The notes under the pieces: model-generated
What the model saw: the letters and a program-made list of their open reading frames with translations, nothing else
What the model was told of the DNA's origin: nothing
Databases searched by the model: none
Shown: positions 35,501 to 49,361 of the stretch, piece after piece
How positions within the stretch are numbered: the first letter of the stretch is position 1
Layout: every line of letters starts with the position of its first letter
Made by a program: the position numbers and the translations under genes
Assembly: GCF_035084215.1 (NCBI RefSeq)
Contig: NC_090349.1
Span: 8,680,001 to 8,744,000, forward strand
DNA: 64,000 bases
Reading direction: 5' to 3'
Origin: Heptranchias perlo
Lineage: Eukaryota

Positions 35501-36646
35501 ACCAAACAGAGACTGTTAGCTAAGATAGAAGCCCATGGAATCGAAGGAAAAGTATGGACTTGGTTAGGAAGTTGGCTGAGCGAAAGGCGACAGAGAGTAG
35601 GGATAATGGGAAGGTACTCACATTGGCAGGATGTGACTAGTGGAGTCCCGCAGGGATCTGTCTTGAGGCCTCAATTATTCACAATATTTATTAACGACTT
35701 AGATGAAGGCATAGAAAGTCTCATATCTAAGTTTGCCGATGACACAAAGATTGGTGGCATTGTAAGCAGTGTGGATGAAAACATAAAATTACAAAGTGAT
35801 ATTGATAGATTAGGTGAATGGGCAAAACTGTGGCAAATGGAATTCAATGTAGACAAATGTGAGGTCATCCATTTTGGATCAAAAAAGGATAGAACAGGGT
35901 GCTTTCTAAATGGTAAAAAGTTAAAAACAGTGGATGTCCAAAGGGACTTAGGGGTTCAGGTACATAGATCATTGAAGTGTCATGAACAGGTGCAGAAAAT
36001 AATCAAGAAGGCTAATGGAATGCTGGCCTTTATATCTAGAGGACTGGAGTACAAGGGGGCAGAAGTTATGCTGCAGCTATACAAAACCCTGGTTAGACCG
36101 CACCTGGATTACTGTGAGCAGTTCTGGGCACCGCACCTTCAGAAGGACATAGTGGCCTTGGAGGGAGCGCAGTGTAGGTTTACTAGAATGATACCCGGAC
36201 TTCAAGGGTTAAGTTACGAGGAGAGATTACACAAATTGGGGTTGTATTCTCTGGAGTTTCGAAGGTTAAGGGGTGATCTGATTGAAGTTTATAAGATATT
36301 AAGGGGAACAGATAGGGTGGATAGAGAGAAACTATTTCCGCTGGTTGGGGATTTTAGGAGTAGGGGGCACAGTCTAAAAATTAGAGCCAGACCTTTCAGG
36401 AGCGAGATTAGAAAACATTTCTACACACAAAGGGTTGTAGAAGTTTGGAATTCTCTTCCGCAAATGGCAATTGATACTAGCTCAATTGCTAAATTTAAAT
36501 CTGAGATAGATAGCTTTTTGGCAACCAAAGGTATTAAGGGATATGGGCCTAAGGCAGGTATATGGAGCTAGATCACAGATCAGCCATGATCTTATCAAAT
36601 GGCGGAGCAGGCACGAGGGGCTGAATGGCCTACTCCTGTTCCTATG
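35501..36646 (+). mobile_element. Young 5'-truncated CR1 with an open ORF2 C-terminus (321 aa from 35606)
   Basis: GVPQGSVL, IFINDL, KFADDTKIG motifs, no stops; TSD TTCCCAG (35494-35500; 36647-36653). Confidence 0.95.
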
Positions 36647-36784
36647 TTCCCAGTGTCTAGGATGGATGTTGGACAAGCAGTCCGAGATCTTAGAGACACT
36701 GGGGAGGTTGAGAAAGGTGGTAGAGAGAGGTAGAACTAGGTGTCATCGGTGCACATGTGGAAGCTGATCCAATGTTTGCAGATG

Positions 36785-37308
36785 GAACGTGTGATGGAAT
36801 ACTCTCCACTTGCCTGGATGAGTGCAGCTCCAACAACACCAAAGAAGCTTGACACCATCCAGGACAAAGCAGCCAGCTTGATTGGCACCCCATCCACCAC
36901 CCTAAACATTCACTCCCTTCACCACCGGCGCACTGTGGCTGCAGTGTGCACCATCCACAGGATGCACTGCAGCAACTCGCCAAGGCTTCTTCGACAGCAC
37001 CTCCCAAACCCACGACCTCTACCACCTAGAAGGACAAGGGCAGAAGGCGCATGAGAACAACACCACCTGCACGTTCCCCTCCAAGTCACGCACCATCCCG
37101 ACTTGGAAATATATCGCCGTTCCTTCATTGTCGCTGGGTCAAAATCCTGGAACTCCTTACCTAACAGCACTGTGGGAGAACCTTCACCACATGGACTGCA
37201 GCGGTTCAAGAAGGCGGCTCACCACCACCTTCTCAAGGGCAATTAGGGATAAATGCAATAAATGCTGGCCTCGTCAGCGACGCCCACATCCCCTGAACGA
37301 ATAAAAAA
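36785..37308 (+). mobile_element. 5'-truncated non-LTR retrotransposon (CR1/L2-group, clade uncertain)
   Basis: MEYSPLAWMSAAPTT.KKLDTIQDKAA peptide; polyA end; TSD AGATG (36780-36784; 37309-37313). Confidence 0.85.
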
Positions 37309-38334
37309 AGATGATGTTGTCATGGGGCAGCATGTAAATGAAGAGAAGGGGGGCCAAGGATGGATCCTTGGGAGACTCCTAAAGTGACAGTACAAGTTTG
37401 GAAAGAGAAGCATAGGTAGAGTTGTTTTGGCTACAATTGGATAGGTAAGAGTGTAATAAAACAAGGGAAGTTCTCCTCAACTGGCCTACAGAGGAGAAGT
37501 GTTAGAGGAGAATGGTATGGTCATGTCAAAAATTGTGGAGAGGTCGCAAAGGATGAGGAGGAATAATGCACCACAGTCACAATCAGAGAACATCGTTCAT
37601 GACTACGGATAGGGCCGTTTCAGTTCTGTGGGAGGCCACAAGAGTAGGAATGACAAATGCTCTGCTGGCACCTTCAATCATCCATGGGATGTTCAGATGA
37701 CAGTGTGATGATATAAATTTAAACATTCACATCTGTACATTTTCCACTGGACTTTCAGTCCATCATTTGTATCAAAATAGAGATTGAAGCATCCAATTAA
37801 AAAAAAAACACAAATTAGCTTTTGTGGCCAATTGTGACTTTCAAAACCACTCATTTTATGCGTGTTTTTAAAAAAAACGATTATAAAAGTCACAGATCCA
37901 TAAAGAGACATATACCATGGATGGAATGCCTGCTCTTTGATTCTTTCATATTTAGAAAACAAAAATAATTGAAATCAGATTTGTGGACCATGCTTGTCCC
38001 AGGAAGAATGGATGTGCTCGGTCAGAGTATCACTGGATGGGGAGAGGGTTGGGATGCTGCTCCTTGCAACCTTATGTTTACCCAGTCATTTTCTAACAGA
38101 ATAAATCTCTTCTGGCCTCACCCCTCCCTATCCCTATCCCTGTAACCTTATCCAGCCTTGCAATCACCAGAACCCCACCAATCTCCCCACAACCAAACTC
38201 TCTGTTCCTCTGACTCTAGACTCTTTGGTGGCCACCATTGATGGCTCTGCCTTCAGCTTCCTCGGTGCCACACCCTGGAATTCCCTCTCGAAAACGCCTC
38301 CGCCTCTCCAACTCTAACTCTTCCTTTAAAATCC

Positions 38335-39380
38335 CCACTGAGCCACATAAAGAGATATTAGGACAGGTAACCAAAAGCTTGGTCAAAGCGGTAGGTTTAA
38401 GGAACGTCTTAGAGGAGTGAGAGGTAGAGATGCGGAGAGGTTTAGGGCCTAAACAACTGAAGGCACGACCCCGATGGAGGGGTGAAGGAAAGCAGGGATG
38501 CACAAGAGGCCAGAATTGGAGGAACGCAGAGTTCCCAGGGATTGTAGGACTGGAGGAGGTGACAAAGATAGGGAGGGACAAGGCCATGGAGGGATTTGAA
38601 CACAAGGATGAGAATTTTAAATTTGAGGGGTTGCTGGACTAGATCTAATGTAGCATACGGGTGATGGGTGAACCTGACTTGATGCGAGTCAGGATGCAGG
38701 CAGCAGAGCTTTGGACAAACTGAAGTTTACGGAGCGTAGAAGATGGGAGGCCGGCCAGGAGAGCATTGGAAGAGTCAAGTCTGGAGGTAACAAAAGCATG
38801 AAAGAGGATTTCAGTAGCAGATGAGCTGAGGCAGGGGTGGAGATGGCCAATATTACGGAGGTGGAAGTAGGCGGTTTTAGTGATGGAGAAGATATGGGGT
38901 CAAAAGCTCAGCTCAGGGTCAAATAGGACGCCGTGGTTGCAAACGGTCTGGTTCAGCCTGAGACAGTGACAGGAGAGGGGGATGTAATCTGTGGGTAGAG
39001 AACGGAGTTTCTGGTGGGGGCCTAAGACAATGGCTTAGGTCTTCCCAATATTTAATTGAAGGAAATTTCTGCTCATGATGTCGGACAAGCAGCGTGACAA
39101 ATCAAATGCAGTGAATGGGTTGAGAAAGGTGGTGTTGAGGTAGAGCAGGATGTCGTGGAATCTGATATGTTTTCAGGTGATATTGCCGAGGAGCAGCATG
39201 TAGATGAAAAGTCGGAAGGGGCCAAGGACAGATCTTTGGGGGACCCCAGAGCTAACGGTGCAGGAATGGGAAGAGAAGCCATTTCAGGAGATTCTCTGGC
39301 TACAGCTTGATAGATAAGAACGGAACCATGGGAGGGCAGTCCCACTCAGTTGGACAACGGAGGAGAGGTGTTGGAGAGGC
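38335..39380 (-). mobile_element. L2 LINE 3' fragment, tail-to-tail with a short plus-strand L2 piece (about 38130-38330)
   Basis: Reverse complement of the L2 end at 34468-34690, extending into RT-region sequence. Confidence 0.8.
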
Positions 39381-41024
39381 ATTGGTATTTACCTACGTGG
39401 ACAAATAGTTTTCAATGTGCAAAACTAGAATGGACACAAACGAGCCCCATTCTCACAGCCTTGGCTTCTGTAATAGGAGTTGCCACAGGCACAGGGTAGC
39501 CATCTGTATTTTTAAGCTTTAAAGCTGATAGCTGCTCTTTCCATACACGTGAATTTGCACTGTTGGAAGAACTGTACTGATGGAATCATAACTCCAACCC
39601 TGGAGGTATTCTGCAGCACCTAACGCAGCTCAAACACTAGCCTCTCATTCACTGTCTTTCGTGCCACTGTTTACAATAACAAGAGCTGTTTTAGTTCACT
39701 CTGTGCTGTATGCACTCTCATTTCAGTACAGCTCATTGTTACTCTATTAGGGCTGGAATGCCCGCCTTTAAACTGTGTGAAATACAGATTTGAAACATTT
39801 TGTCATACAAAAAGAATCCCACACCAGAGAGTGTCCTTATTGCCAACATGCAAGAATGACTTTACTTGTACCAATGGTGCCATTTGGTTGAGCGATATCC
39901 ACAAACAAAAGTGAAAACTGTGTGTGTTCAAACTCGATTTGAGACAGGTGGACCCAACTGACGATGCCCTCTGGCGATGGTCCAACATGTGACCTGGTGT
40001 CAATAAATCATTCCCTCCAATGCTGAATAGACAATTTGTTTCAGATGGGATTAATGAATTGAACAATATGCTGCAACACAGCTGCTGGACTGCTCCTCGG
40101 TTCATTTAGTTTGGAAATTATAAAACAATGTTAACACAAAGCTCAATATCAGATATGGCGGCTGTTTGGCCAAATTTGATTGTAAACACCACGCAAATGA
40201 CTTTGTCCCCATCCCAATCCAGAATAACCTGTGGCTACCATCTTGAAGATTAAATCTTTCATTTGTTTGGGCCTTCTGTTTGAATGGTTCTGTCAATCAT
40301 TCTGGTATGAACAAGTCCCATTTACTGAGCTGTTCAACATATAAAGTGTTTCATGTGGTGCCATAGGCATAGTGCTGATTAACATTCTACTCCACTTGCA
40401 AACATGGTTCTATATTAAAGGAATGCCACTGACAGCCGATGTATGTTTTTCTCACCATTGATGGCATACACAAATATAAAGCTGACAACCTCCAGAAATC
40501 TTTTGGCATTCGATATGCAGATTTTCATGGGTCCCTGGAGCTGTTATCAGTCTCCACTTATACTTCAATGGAATAATTTTTTTTTTTTAGGAGCTGCAGC
40601 ACCAAATAAACAAACAGGAGAGCAGTATATGATGCCCGCAGGTCTCCAATGGGTGTCACTCTTCTGGAAATGTGTGTATATTTCTACATATTTCACATAA
40701 AAGTGCTCACAGTCTTTCTGCTCTATAGCCATTTCCCTAGTCATCAGAAACTAATGGGAACAAACAGATCAGAAGCAATGCCACAAAAGAGAATCTTATA
40801 ATCAATTCTTTGAGACACAGACGCCAATATAGCTTGATAAGATATAAACTAACTTTCTGTGTTTACTGTAAGATCAGAACAATTTCCTTTATAGTGCATA
40901 GCAGGGAAATGACATTGCACAATGTAAGAATAAAATAATTTTTGGTTATGGCCATTAGGTGTAACAAGCATTCTTGGTAGATTTCTGTTCACCAACCCAC
41001 CTTCTCACCATATTCCTCCAATCT

Positions 41025-41823
41025 AAGAACATAGGAACAGGAGTAGGCCATTCAGCCCCTCAAGCCTGTACCACCACTCAATTAGATCATGGCTGATCTG
41101 TATCTTAACTCCATCTACCCATCTTGGTTCCATACCCCTTAATACCCTTGCCTAACAAAAATCTATCAATCTTAGTTTTGACATTTTCAGTTGACCCCCA
41201 GCCTCAACATCTTCTTGAGGGAGAGTGTTTCAGATTTCCACAACCCTTTGTGCAAAGAAGTGCTTCCTGACATCACCCCTGAACAGCCTAGCTCTAGTGT
41301 TAAGGTTATGCCTCCTTGCTCTGGGCTCCCCATCAGAGGAAATAGTTTCTCTCTATCACACCCTTTAATCATCTTAAACACCTCAATTACATCATCCCTT
41401 AATTTTCTATAATTGAGGGAATATATGCAACCTTTCCTCATAATTTAACCCTTTTAGCCCCAGTATTATTCTGGGAATCTGCACTGCACTCCCTCCAAGG
41501 CCAATATATTCTTCCAGAGGTGTGGTGCCCAGAACCGAACGCAGTACTTCAGATGTGGTCCAACCAGAGCTTTGTACAACTGTAGCATAACTTCCACCCT
41601 TTTGTAGTCCAGCCCCCTTTAGATCAAGGCTAACATTCCACTCGCCTTTTTAATTATTTTTTGTACCTGTCCACCAGTTTTTAAAGAGACCTCTGAACAT
41701 GGATCCCTAAATCTCTCTGCTCCTCCACAGTTCCGAGCTTCTCACCAGTTAGAAAATACTCTGATATATCTTTCTTAGATCCAGAGTGGATGACCTCGCA
41801 CTTCCCCACTTTGAACTCCATCT
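41025..41823 (-). mobile_element. CR1 3' fragment
   Basis: AAGAACATAGGAACAGGAGTAGGCC tail; LRDDVIEVFKMIKG peptide. Confidence 0.9.
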
Positions 41824-42566
41824 CATCTCTAGAAATTCACTTAATTACCTCTAGAAATGCACCTAATTACCTCATTTTATATCCCCCATTTTAATGGCTC
41901 ACATTATAAATTAACAATCTAAGCGAAGGGCTTGGATCATTTATTTGTAGAATAAGAGATACCTGGAGAGTGAGCTATAAGCTGAAACCTAACCAAGAAG
42001 TTCACATAAAATCAAACCACATTAGTGAACCTCAAGCATTTAACGAAAGTCATCTGAACCCATATTGGAGTATTACTTTGAAATCTCTCCTATTTTGTTA
42101 TATTGGCCCCATTTGGTGGTGCTAAGTGACTCTTATAGTTTTTATTCATTCTCCTTTACTGACAAGTTTCATGGGTTTTTTTTTGGTGGGGGGAGGCACT
42201 GAGTTAGCTGTTCTCTAACGGATTAAAGCAAGGGCTGACAGTTTTCTGCGGTAGCCTGACAACGGGATGCAGAATCGCGTGGTGATGACAGAAGGGTGTT
42301 GGAGGGGCTTGTGGGTCCAGCATTATGACCTAGAAGGGGATAAAAAGGGTTTCAAGACATCACCGCTACAGAGCAGATGCAAGCTGTGCAGTGAGAGGTG
42401 TGAAACTGTTCTCCCCAGCATAGACACTGATCACTTTGACAAGCATACACATACAATCCTCTTCCAAAAGAATTAAATGCTGTATTTGCCAAAATTCAGA
42501 ACTTAAAATTTAGCTGCCAGTTAAGGGTGAAACCAAACTTGCATAGTTAACACTTTGTTAGATATA

Positions 42567-42997
42567 TGGACTGGAGAACTTTAGCTATGAGGAAAGACTG
42601 GATAGGCTAGGGTTGTTTTCATTGGAACAGAGGAGGCTGAGGGGAGATTTAATTGAGGTGTATAAAATTATGAGGGGCCTATTTCCCTTAGCAGAGGGGT
42701 CAGTGACCAGGGGACACAGATTTGAAGTAATTGGGAGAAGGATTCGAGGGGAACTGAGGAAAAATCTTTTCACCCTGAGGGTGGTGGACGTCTGGAACTC
42801 ACAGCCTGAAAGGATGGTAGAGGCAGAAACCCTCAACTCATTTAAAAAGTACTTGGATGTGCACCTGAAGTGCCGAAACGTACAGAGCTGCAGGCCAACT
42901 GGTAGAAAGTGGGATTAAGCTGGCTAGCTCTTTTTCAGCCAGCATAGACACGATGGGCCGAATAGCCTCCTTCTGTGCCACAACTTTCTATGATTCT
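42567..42997 (+). mobile_element. CR1 3' fragment
   Basis: LFSLEQRRLRGDLIEVYKIMRG peptide; same subfamily as 25160-25621. Confidence 0.92.
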
Positions 42998-44377
42998 AAA
43001 AGGGGACTACAGCTTGTATAGATCATGGTAGAATATGTAACAAAAAAAGACTTTTATATCAGTTTTATTTTTCATTGTGATCTCTTTGAATTAAATATTT
43101 ACACATTCAGTAATGACTGGCAAATACTAAAGCAATTTTTAGTGCTGAACACATTTTAGTGGTAACACTTCAAGGGAGAATGGCCCACTGTAAAAATATC
43201 AAGATATACAGCAAGTTACAAAGTAGTATACCTACCTGAATACTTCATAACAAAACCTGACAGTTGCACAAAGAATGGTTTTGCTGTTAATCTAAATTCA
43301 AATTAATAATAGATGCAGTTGCAAGATCAATACTTTGCCTCTATTTTGTGAATACTATGGTCATTGTTACTTTGAATTTTTCTCCTTTGTCCTAAATTCC
43401 AAATACGCACACTACACACGCGGTGTCATCCTTGCATCCTCAAAGTACTTAAATCAAAGAGCGCTGTGACTTTGAGAAAGTAGGGCTCCAGGAAAGACTG
43501 GTAATACACTGCTCCCTTATTTTTGGTTTACATGCATGCAATCAGTCCACTTTTGGGGGGCCAGTGGGAAAGAGTTGCACATTCTCTACCCATCAAGCCT
43601 ATATTCCAGGACCCACAAAGGGTCATGCCCTGGGCACCAGAGGTACATACTTCATTTCCTTTATATCACATTGGATCGTGGGCAGTGGAAGGCCTGCATG
43701 TCTGCCACAGAGAACAAAACTAACAATATGAAAGTACCTCAACACTCAGTGTTCTGTCTCCTAATCTAACACACTCTTTTCAGGGCTTCAAAACCAACGA
43801 ATTCCTCCTTTCTCAGCTCAACAGGGTTTTAAAACTCATGCGTCACCTAAAAATGACTTCTCGATTTATCTTTTCTTCTTTCTTATTCTTTTGAACCTTG
43901 GTAGTATGCTGCAATATTCACCGTGGCCCCTCACCAAGGTTCCTCAATAAAATAGTCCACCCTCAAGATATTTTGAAAGCAATGGACAAATGGTTCAAGG
44001 GTATTGTAGCTATTTAAATCAATTTCAAGCAAAATTGAAGGCTAACCTCTGCCAATGATAAATCAATCATTGAGAACCCTGAAGTTGGACTCTTCGTAAG
44101 AGGTTAATGCACTTAAGGTATATATGATTTTGTTAATTTCAATGAACAATACTAGATGTTTGTGCAAAGGACTTTAAGGAAGCAGGGATGAGAGGAGGGC
44201 CTATTTACAGATTGAGCTGGTGCAGGGTGAAACTCGTGCCTGGCATAAAATTTCTTACTGAAAATTTAAAATAAACACACACAGTGTAAATGTTACATTG
44301 CAGCAAAAGTTTCCAAAGATTTCTCTGGAAGCCGTGGCTACCCTAAAACTCCCGAGTTGGGTAACGGTTGTACGAAC

Positions 44378-44484
44378 CATCTCACAGTGCAGCTCCAGGT
44401 TCACATCCCCCTTGTTCGTGTGGAGTCGGACATACCCCTTCTTTTTGACATAGCGGTAGCGGACCTGGTCATCTTCAATTGCGG
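44378..44484 (-). CDS. PPIL2: PPIL2 coding exon (A-AIEDDQVRYRYVKKKGYVRLHTNKGDVNLELHCEM), start of cyclophilin domain
   Basis: ttcacag|CCGCAATT...GAGATG|gttcgt; 107 nt, phase 1 to 0, compatible with both neighbouring exons. KKKGYVRLHTNKGDxNLELHC is characteristic of PPIL2. Confidence 0.96.
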
Positions 44485-44854
44485 CTGTGAAGGAACATAG
44501 CAGAATCTTCAAAAATAGGTACAGAGGTCTGAGTGATGAGCAGTTCAGACTACACCACAATCATTGACATCAGAACAAGGGAAGTAGGAGCTAAAACAAA
44601 GAAGAAAAGGCCAAAGACTTTACATACAGCCTAGCAAGGTAAAAACCTACCCTTTACTATTACTATTTATTAAGAATGCAAATTGGGAAATAATTCTGGT
44701 GTCATTTGAGGATCTATTAAAAGCATTTTGTCACTGTTTAAGCACATCTCTCATGTGTTTCCAGCTCTTTCACAGGCATCATTTGTCTGCTAATTGTATC
44801 ATAGTAGCAGGTTTACTAATTTTGTTATTCTGTTTAGAGTTTTCTCCTACTAAT

Positions 44855-45205
44855 CTTCTCTCTACCCATCTCCTCCTGAAGACATTGACTCCTTGCTAGG
44901 GTATGGTTTATAAGCACCAGCTGCTCTCTGCTAGTTTGCTCAACTAGCTGTTATTCATGTTCACAGTGACTGTTGGTACGCTCTTTGATTGTGGTGGCAA
45001 TCATTGGTCATTTTGATTCTCTTCCTACCCAATGCCCACGCACATGAATTTCTAGGAGGGGCAGGGTTCACAGAATAGTGGTCATGGGCAGAACCCCTAA
45101 CTGAGGCACCAATGCCAATTACAGTGTCCCCGTGACTGCCTCAGTGGAAATAAGCTACCTTAGCACAGATCTGTGATCGAACAGTTCTAGGTCTGAATGG
45201 GTCAG
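44855..45205 (-). mobile_element. LF-SINE-like degenerate copy
   Basis: Contains a degenerate reverse complement of the core at 33210-33245. Confidence 0.45.
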
Positions 45206-45744
45206 CTACTAGAATTTAATAGGTTTTTAACCAAACACATGCTGTAGATATGTCAGATGCTCTAGTATTGGGTGGAAACCTCACCTTATTGGGACTCTAA
45301 AATTTCTGGAGTAGAAATCTGTTCTCTTCCCATTCAAGACGAACCCCTTCCATTACCCCAACTGTAGTCTGGCGATATTAGCTCCCACCATTCCTGGAAT
45401 GACTTAAGCCTTTGTACCAATTTTGGTGGTGAGTTGTCCGATGTAAAGGGCAATGAAACTTTAGCTGGGAGAAAAACGGACTGGTGCTGTAACACAGGTT
45501 CTAGGCTTTTGTATTAAGCGGGGACAGCTAACTAACTACAATGTGGCAAACCTAACTACAATGTGATGATGACATTTTCATGTGCGTGCATTGCGTCTGA
45601 TTACTTCAGAATCAATCAAGCCAGACTTTACTCCTACTGTGTGCGGAGGATGCTTAATGAAGAAGAATGAATTGTAATGATTAATATACTTTGTCCTGCT
45701 GTGTGCTTTCTGATATAATGCCTTCAGACTGTTATTTATTCATT

Positions 45745-46016
45745 CAAATGCAAATTAGATAGATTTCTTTCAGAAAATAACATTTTGGGATACAGTATTT
45801 GAGACATGACGTGGCAAGTGTAGCATACTTGGGAGGAACAGGTGACTTTGGATCCTCATGTCTCATGTCTGGGTCTGTTGTAGACTGATTCATAGAGATT
45901 GATTGCTACGATTAGTCAACAACTCTATTATCGTTGTATCATGTGACTATCCAGATGCTGGAAGACGAACTAGATGGACCTTGGTGTTTCTGCATTTAGC
46001 AGTTCCTATGATTCTT
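45745..46016 (+). mobile_element. Long 3' UTR of a CR1-like lineage
   Basis: Homologous to 26434-26710. Confidence 0.6.
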
Positions 46017-46479
46017 ATTTAAATTAGCTGGGGCAGGAAAGGAAAATCAACCCAGACTTCTACGGGCCACGGATACTCCTTTCACCTCACCTCCTCAGGG
46101 AGCTACATATCATTGACCAACCGAGCAGTAACCAAGCAACCTACTCCCAGGTGTCTGTCATTGCCACACGAGCCATCTGCTAGATGGTGGGCGAGTGCAT
46201 CACAGGTTGACTTGAGCTTCAATTTCTTTTGCATTTTCTCTTGCTGGATTGGTTCTGAAGTAACTGGATGCAATGCATGCACATGAAAATGTTATGACGT
46301 TGGAGGCAGACATGCCACACCAAGCCTCCCAGTTAGAACATATGAGTCTTACAAGCACTCAAGTCCTACAACTCATAGTGCAGCAACTGGCAGCATTATC
46401 TGGATGATAAAGGGGACCATTTGACAATTATAATGTTACATTTCTACACTACTGCAGTTTTATTTGGTTTCTCACAAAT

Positions 46480-46985
46480 ATAGCTTGCATTTCTATAGTG
46501 CCTTTAACGTAGAAAAAACATTCCAAAGTGTTTCATAGGAGCGTGAGGAAAAAATAAGCGCCAAATCAAATGATGAGAAACTAGGAGAGATAATCAAAAG
46601 CTTGGTTGAAATGATGGGCTTTAGGGAGGGTGTTGATGGAGGAGAGGGCGATGGAGAGGCAGAGAAGTTTAGGGAGGGAATTCCAGAGCATGTGGCCTAG
46701 GCAGCTAAAGGCACAACCGCCAATAGTGGGGTGAAGGGAGAGGGGATGCATAAGAGGCCTGAGTCAGAGGAATGGAGAGTTCTGGGAAGGGGCTGTAGGT
46801 TACAGGAGGTTACAGAAATAGGGAGGGGCAATGCCATGAACGTATTTAAACAAAAGGAAGAGAATTTTAAATTTGAGGGGTTGGGGACTGGGAGACAATG
46901 TGGGTCAGCAAGGACAGGAGTGATTTGTGAGTGGGTCTTGGCGTGGGATAGGTTATGGCCAGCAGGGTTCTGGATGACATTCTGA
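46480..46985 (-). mobile_element. L2 LINE 3' fragment
   Basis: GCTTGCATTTCTATAGTGCCTTTAACG tail; HSQITPVLADPHCLPV peptide (L2 HITPVLxxLHWLP motif). Confidence 0.82.
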
Positions 46986-47039
46986 ATTAAGCTATCAAAA
47001 ACAGTCAATGTTACAGACAAACTTTGCATTGTTTTGTCA

Positions 47040-47600
47040 AGAAAAGAACAAAAGTCAGAGAATCAACGAGGTGGTGGGGGGGGGGGGGGAAAGAGCATGA
47101 AGGTGAGGAGGGAAGGGGAGAGCAAGAGCGAGAAGGGTGCTGGAGAGCTACAGAAGAGTAACAGAGGGCTCGTGAATAGGCAAAGGGAAGAGGAACAGAG
47201 TGTGAGCGTTAGAGCTAGTCAGAGAGGAAACAGGGAGGGTCGCACAAGAGAAAGGGAGGAAGGGAGAGAGAGAATGAGTATATGAGCAAGCGAGAGATAT
47301 ACAGACACAGAAGGAGGGAGGGGAATGAAAAGGGGGCACCTGGGGGGAGGAGAGAGACAAAAGGCATAGGGCGCAGGAGGGAGGCGGGGGGGGCCGCGGG
47401 ACTGAAGGGTGGAGGGATCGAGGGGCAAGGGATGGAGGGAAGGAGAGATGGCGGCTGGGTGGACAAAGGGGGAAAAAAAAAGAGAGAATTCGAGAGGGGG
47501 AGAGGAAAGAAAGGAGAGAAAAATAAACAAATAGCATGAAGGACAGGATGAGCAGGCATAAGATACACAACATGCAACAAGAGATAAAAGAAAAAGAGAA
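47040..47600. repeat. Purine-rich (GA) low-complexity tract
   Basis: Composition directly visible. Confidence 0.85.
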
Positions 47601-48009
47601 ATAAGATTTAGTGACAAATAATCCATACTATGTCACAGATTTTCAACTCTGGTACGTAATACTCCCCAACAAAATACAATTATTTGGTTTTGTTTACTAA
47701 TAGATGGAAAAAATTTGCAAAAATGAACATGGTAACATGCGCACACTAGACATCATTCGATGCCAATGATCATTTCAGCAAAGGGAAAACCAAGTGATCC
47801 CCTCCTGCACGCCCCACTGACATATGCCTGTTGTTCTTTATTACTGCTATTACATTGCATAACATATAAACTGACCCACAAAGAGCAACTGTTTAAAGAT
47901 AAGTTCTAAAAAGTTTGAACCTCTCAGTTATCTCATGACTCAATTGCCATCTCTAAGTCGAGGTGCATGGAGGACACTGGAAATTCTAAAAGTAAACTGA
48001 GACTTTTGC

Positions 48010-49022
48010 AATGCTGTCTCTAGTGACGCAAGGTATCATTACACCTCTGTGGCATTGCTCTCTCCTGGTTCTGCTCATACCTGTCACACCGCAGAAATGA
48101 CCTCCGGCATACCCCAGGGGGTCCATCCTTCAACCCCAGCTCTCCATCTTTTGCATGCTATTCATTGACAATATCACACAGCAGCATGGGGTCATCGTCC
48201 ACTAATGACACTCTGCTCTACTTCTCTGCCTCTTCTACCAATTCAAAAGCTATTGCTGTTCTTTACAACTTCCTGTCCAATATCAAGACCTGGACAAGCA
48301 AAATTTCCTCTGGCTTAGCATTGGCAAAACCAAATCCTTCTTTGACTGCCGCTGACACCAATGCGTCTCTGACCTTGATTCCATCAACCACTTGAGCTGA
48401 TTCTAAAGCGAAGTCAGGAAATGCAGAACCCTGACAATGTGCTTGACCCTAAGCTCAGTTTCCTCTTCCACACTATTCTGTTTCTTCCACCACTACAATC
48501 CTTATAACCTCTCCACCACTGCCACTAAAACCCTAGTCATCATCTTGAGGCTTGACATCTCTAGTAGTCTCCTAACTGGTCTCCGTCCTCCAACTCTCCA
48601 CAAGTTAGAACTCATTCAATACCGTAGCTTGCATCTTCACCTGCACTTCCCATCACACCCGTCCTCTCAAAGTTGTTCTTGCTTCCTGTGCCGCGGTGAG
48701 TTCAATTCAAAATCCTTGGCCTCGCCCACACTACCTCAGTAATCTCTTCTAGCTTTACATCCCAATACACAACTTCTGATCCTCCTTGTCCCCTGTTCCG
48801 TTACTGGTTAGTCTATGCTCATGTTCTTGGGAACTCCCTGCCTAGTTCCTTCTCCCTTCCTTTCTTGATTTCAAAAACCTCCTCAAGACCCCTGTTTTTG
48901 ATCTCCAACCCTAACCTACAGCATTTTCTCTTTTTCCCTTCCACTGTTTTTCCTCCTTAATACTGAGCACTTTTGAGACATCTTTCTGTACAAGGTGCAC
49001 TACAGAAAAGCAATTTGTAGTT
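48010..49022 (+). mobile_element. Old degenerate L2 LINE
   Basis: SGIPQGSIL and LDISSSLLTGL remnants; L2-type tail. Confidence 0.65.
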
Positions 49023-49134
49023 CAGTTGGTGAGCTCAATGATGGGTATTTTCACTAGAAAAGGAGAGGGTGAATGTGAGAGCGAGTATGAGTGCGAGAAT
49101 TAATAAATAGAATTTAAGATTGATACCTAGAGTG

Positions 49135-49326
49135 GAAAATGGAGGAGGTGGCTTAGTCACAATGACACTTTATTATAGTCATAAAAGCAAGATCATAGGG
49201 TGTTATTTTTAAGCTCCAAGACCATCAAGCCCTAAATAGTCTTTGTGCCTTGACAACTATTTTCTTGGTATTTGCAGTACCTATGATGGAACACTCAAGA
49301 AATCAATTCGCCTTCTGCTTGGTCCA
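49135..49326 (+). repeat. Unclassified ~200-bp interspersed repeat, copy A
   Basis: Homologous to 52472-52673 (TAGTCACAATGACA; CAAGCCCTAAATAGTCTTTGTG; TTCTTGGTATTTGCAGTA). Confidence 0.8.
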
Positions 49327-49361
49327 AATATTGACATCTTAAACTTCAAACTAAGCTGTCC

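Larger units (their letters stand above)
34790..37640 (-). mobile_element. Old L2 LINE split by two younger insertions
   Basis: Pieces at 34790-35500, 36654-36784 and 37310-37640 are collinear with the L2 copy at 38335-39380. Confidence 0.7.

Noticed and set aside
44255-44560. 101-aa single-exon ORF
   Set aside because: Only 44378-44484 is exonic (PPIL2); the rest is intron read-through.
47034-47626. Several overlapping ORFs of 83-141 aa
   Set aside because: The GA-rich low-complexity tract lacks stops because of its composition.
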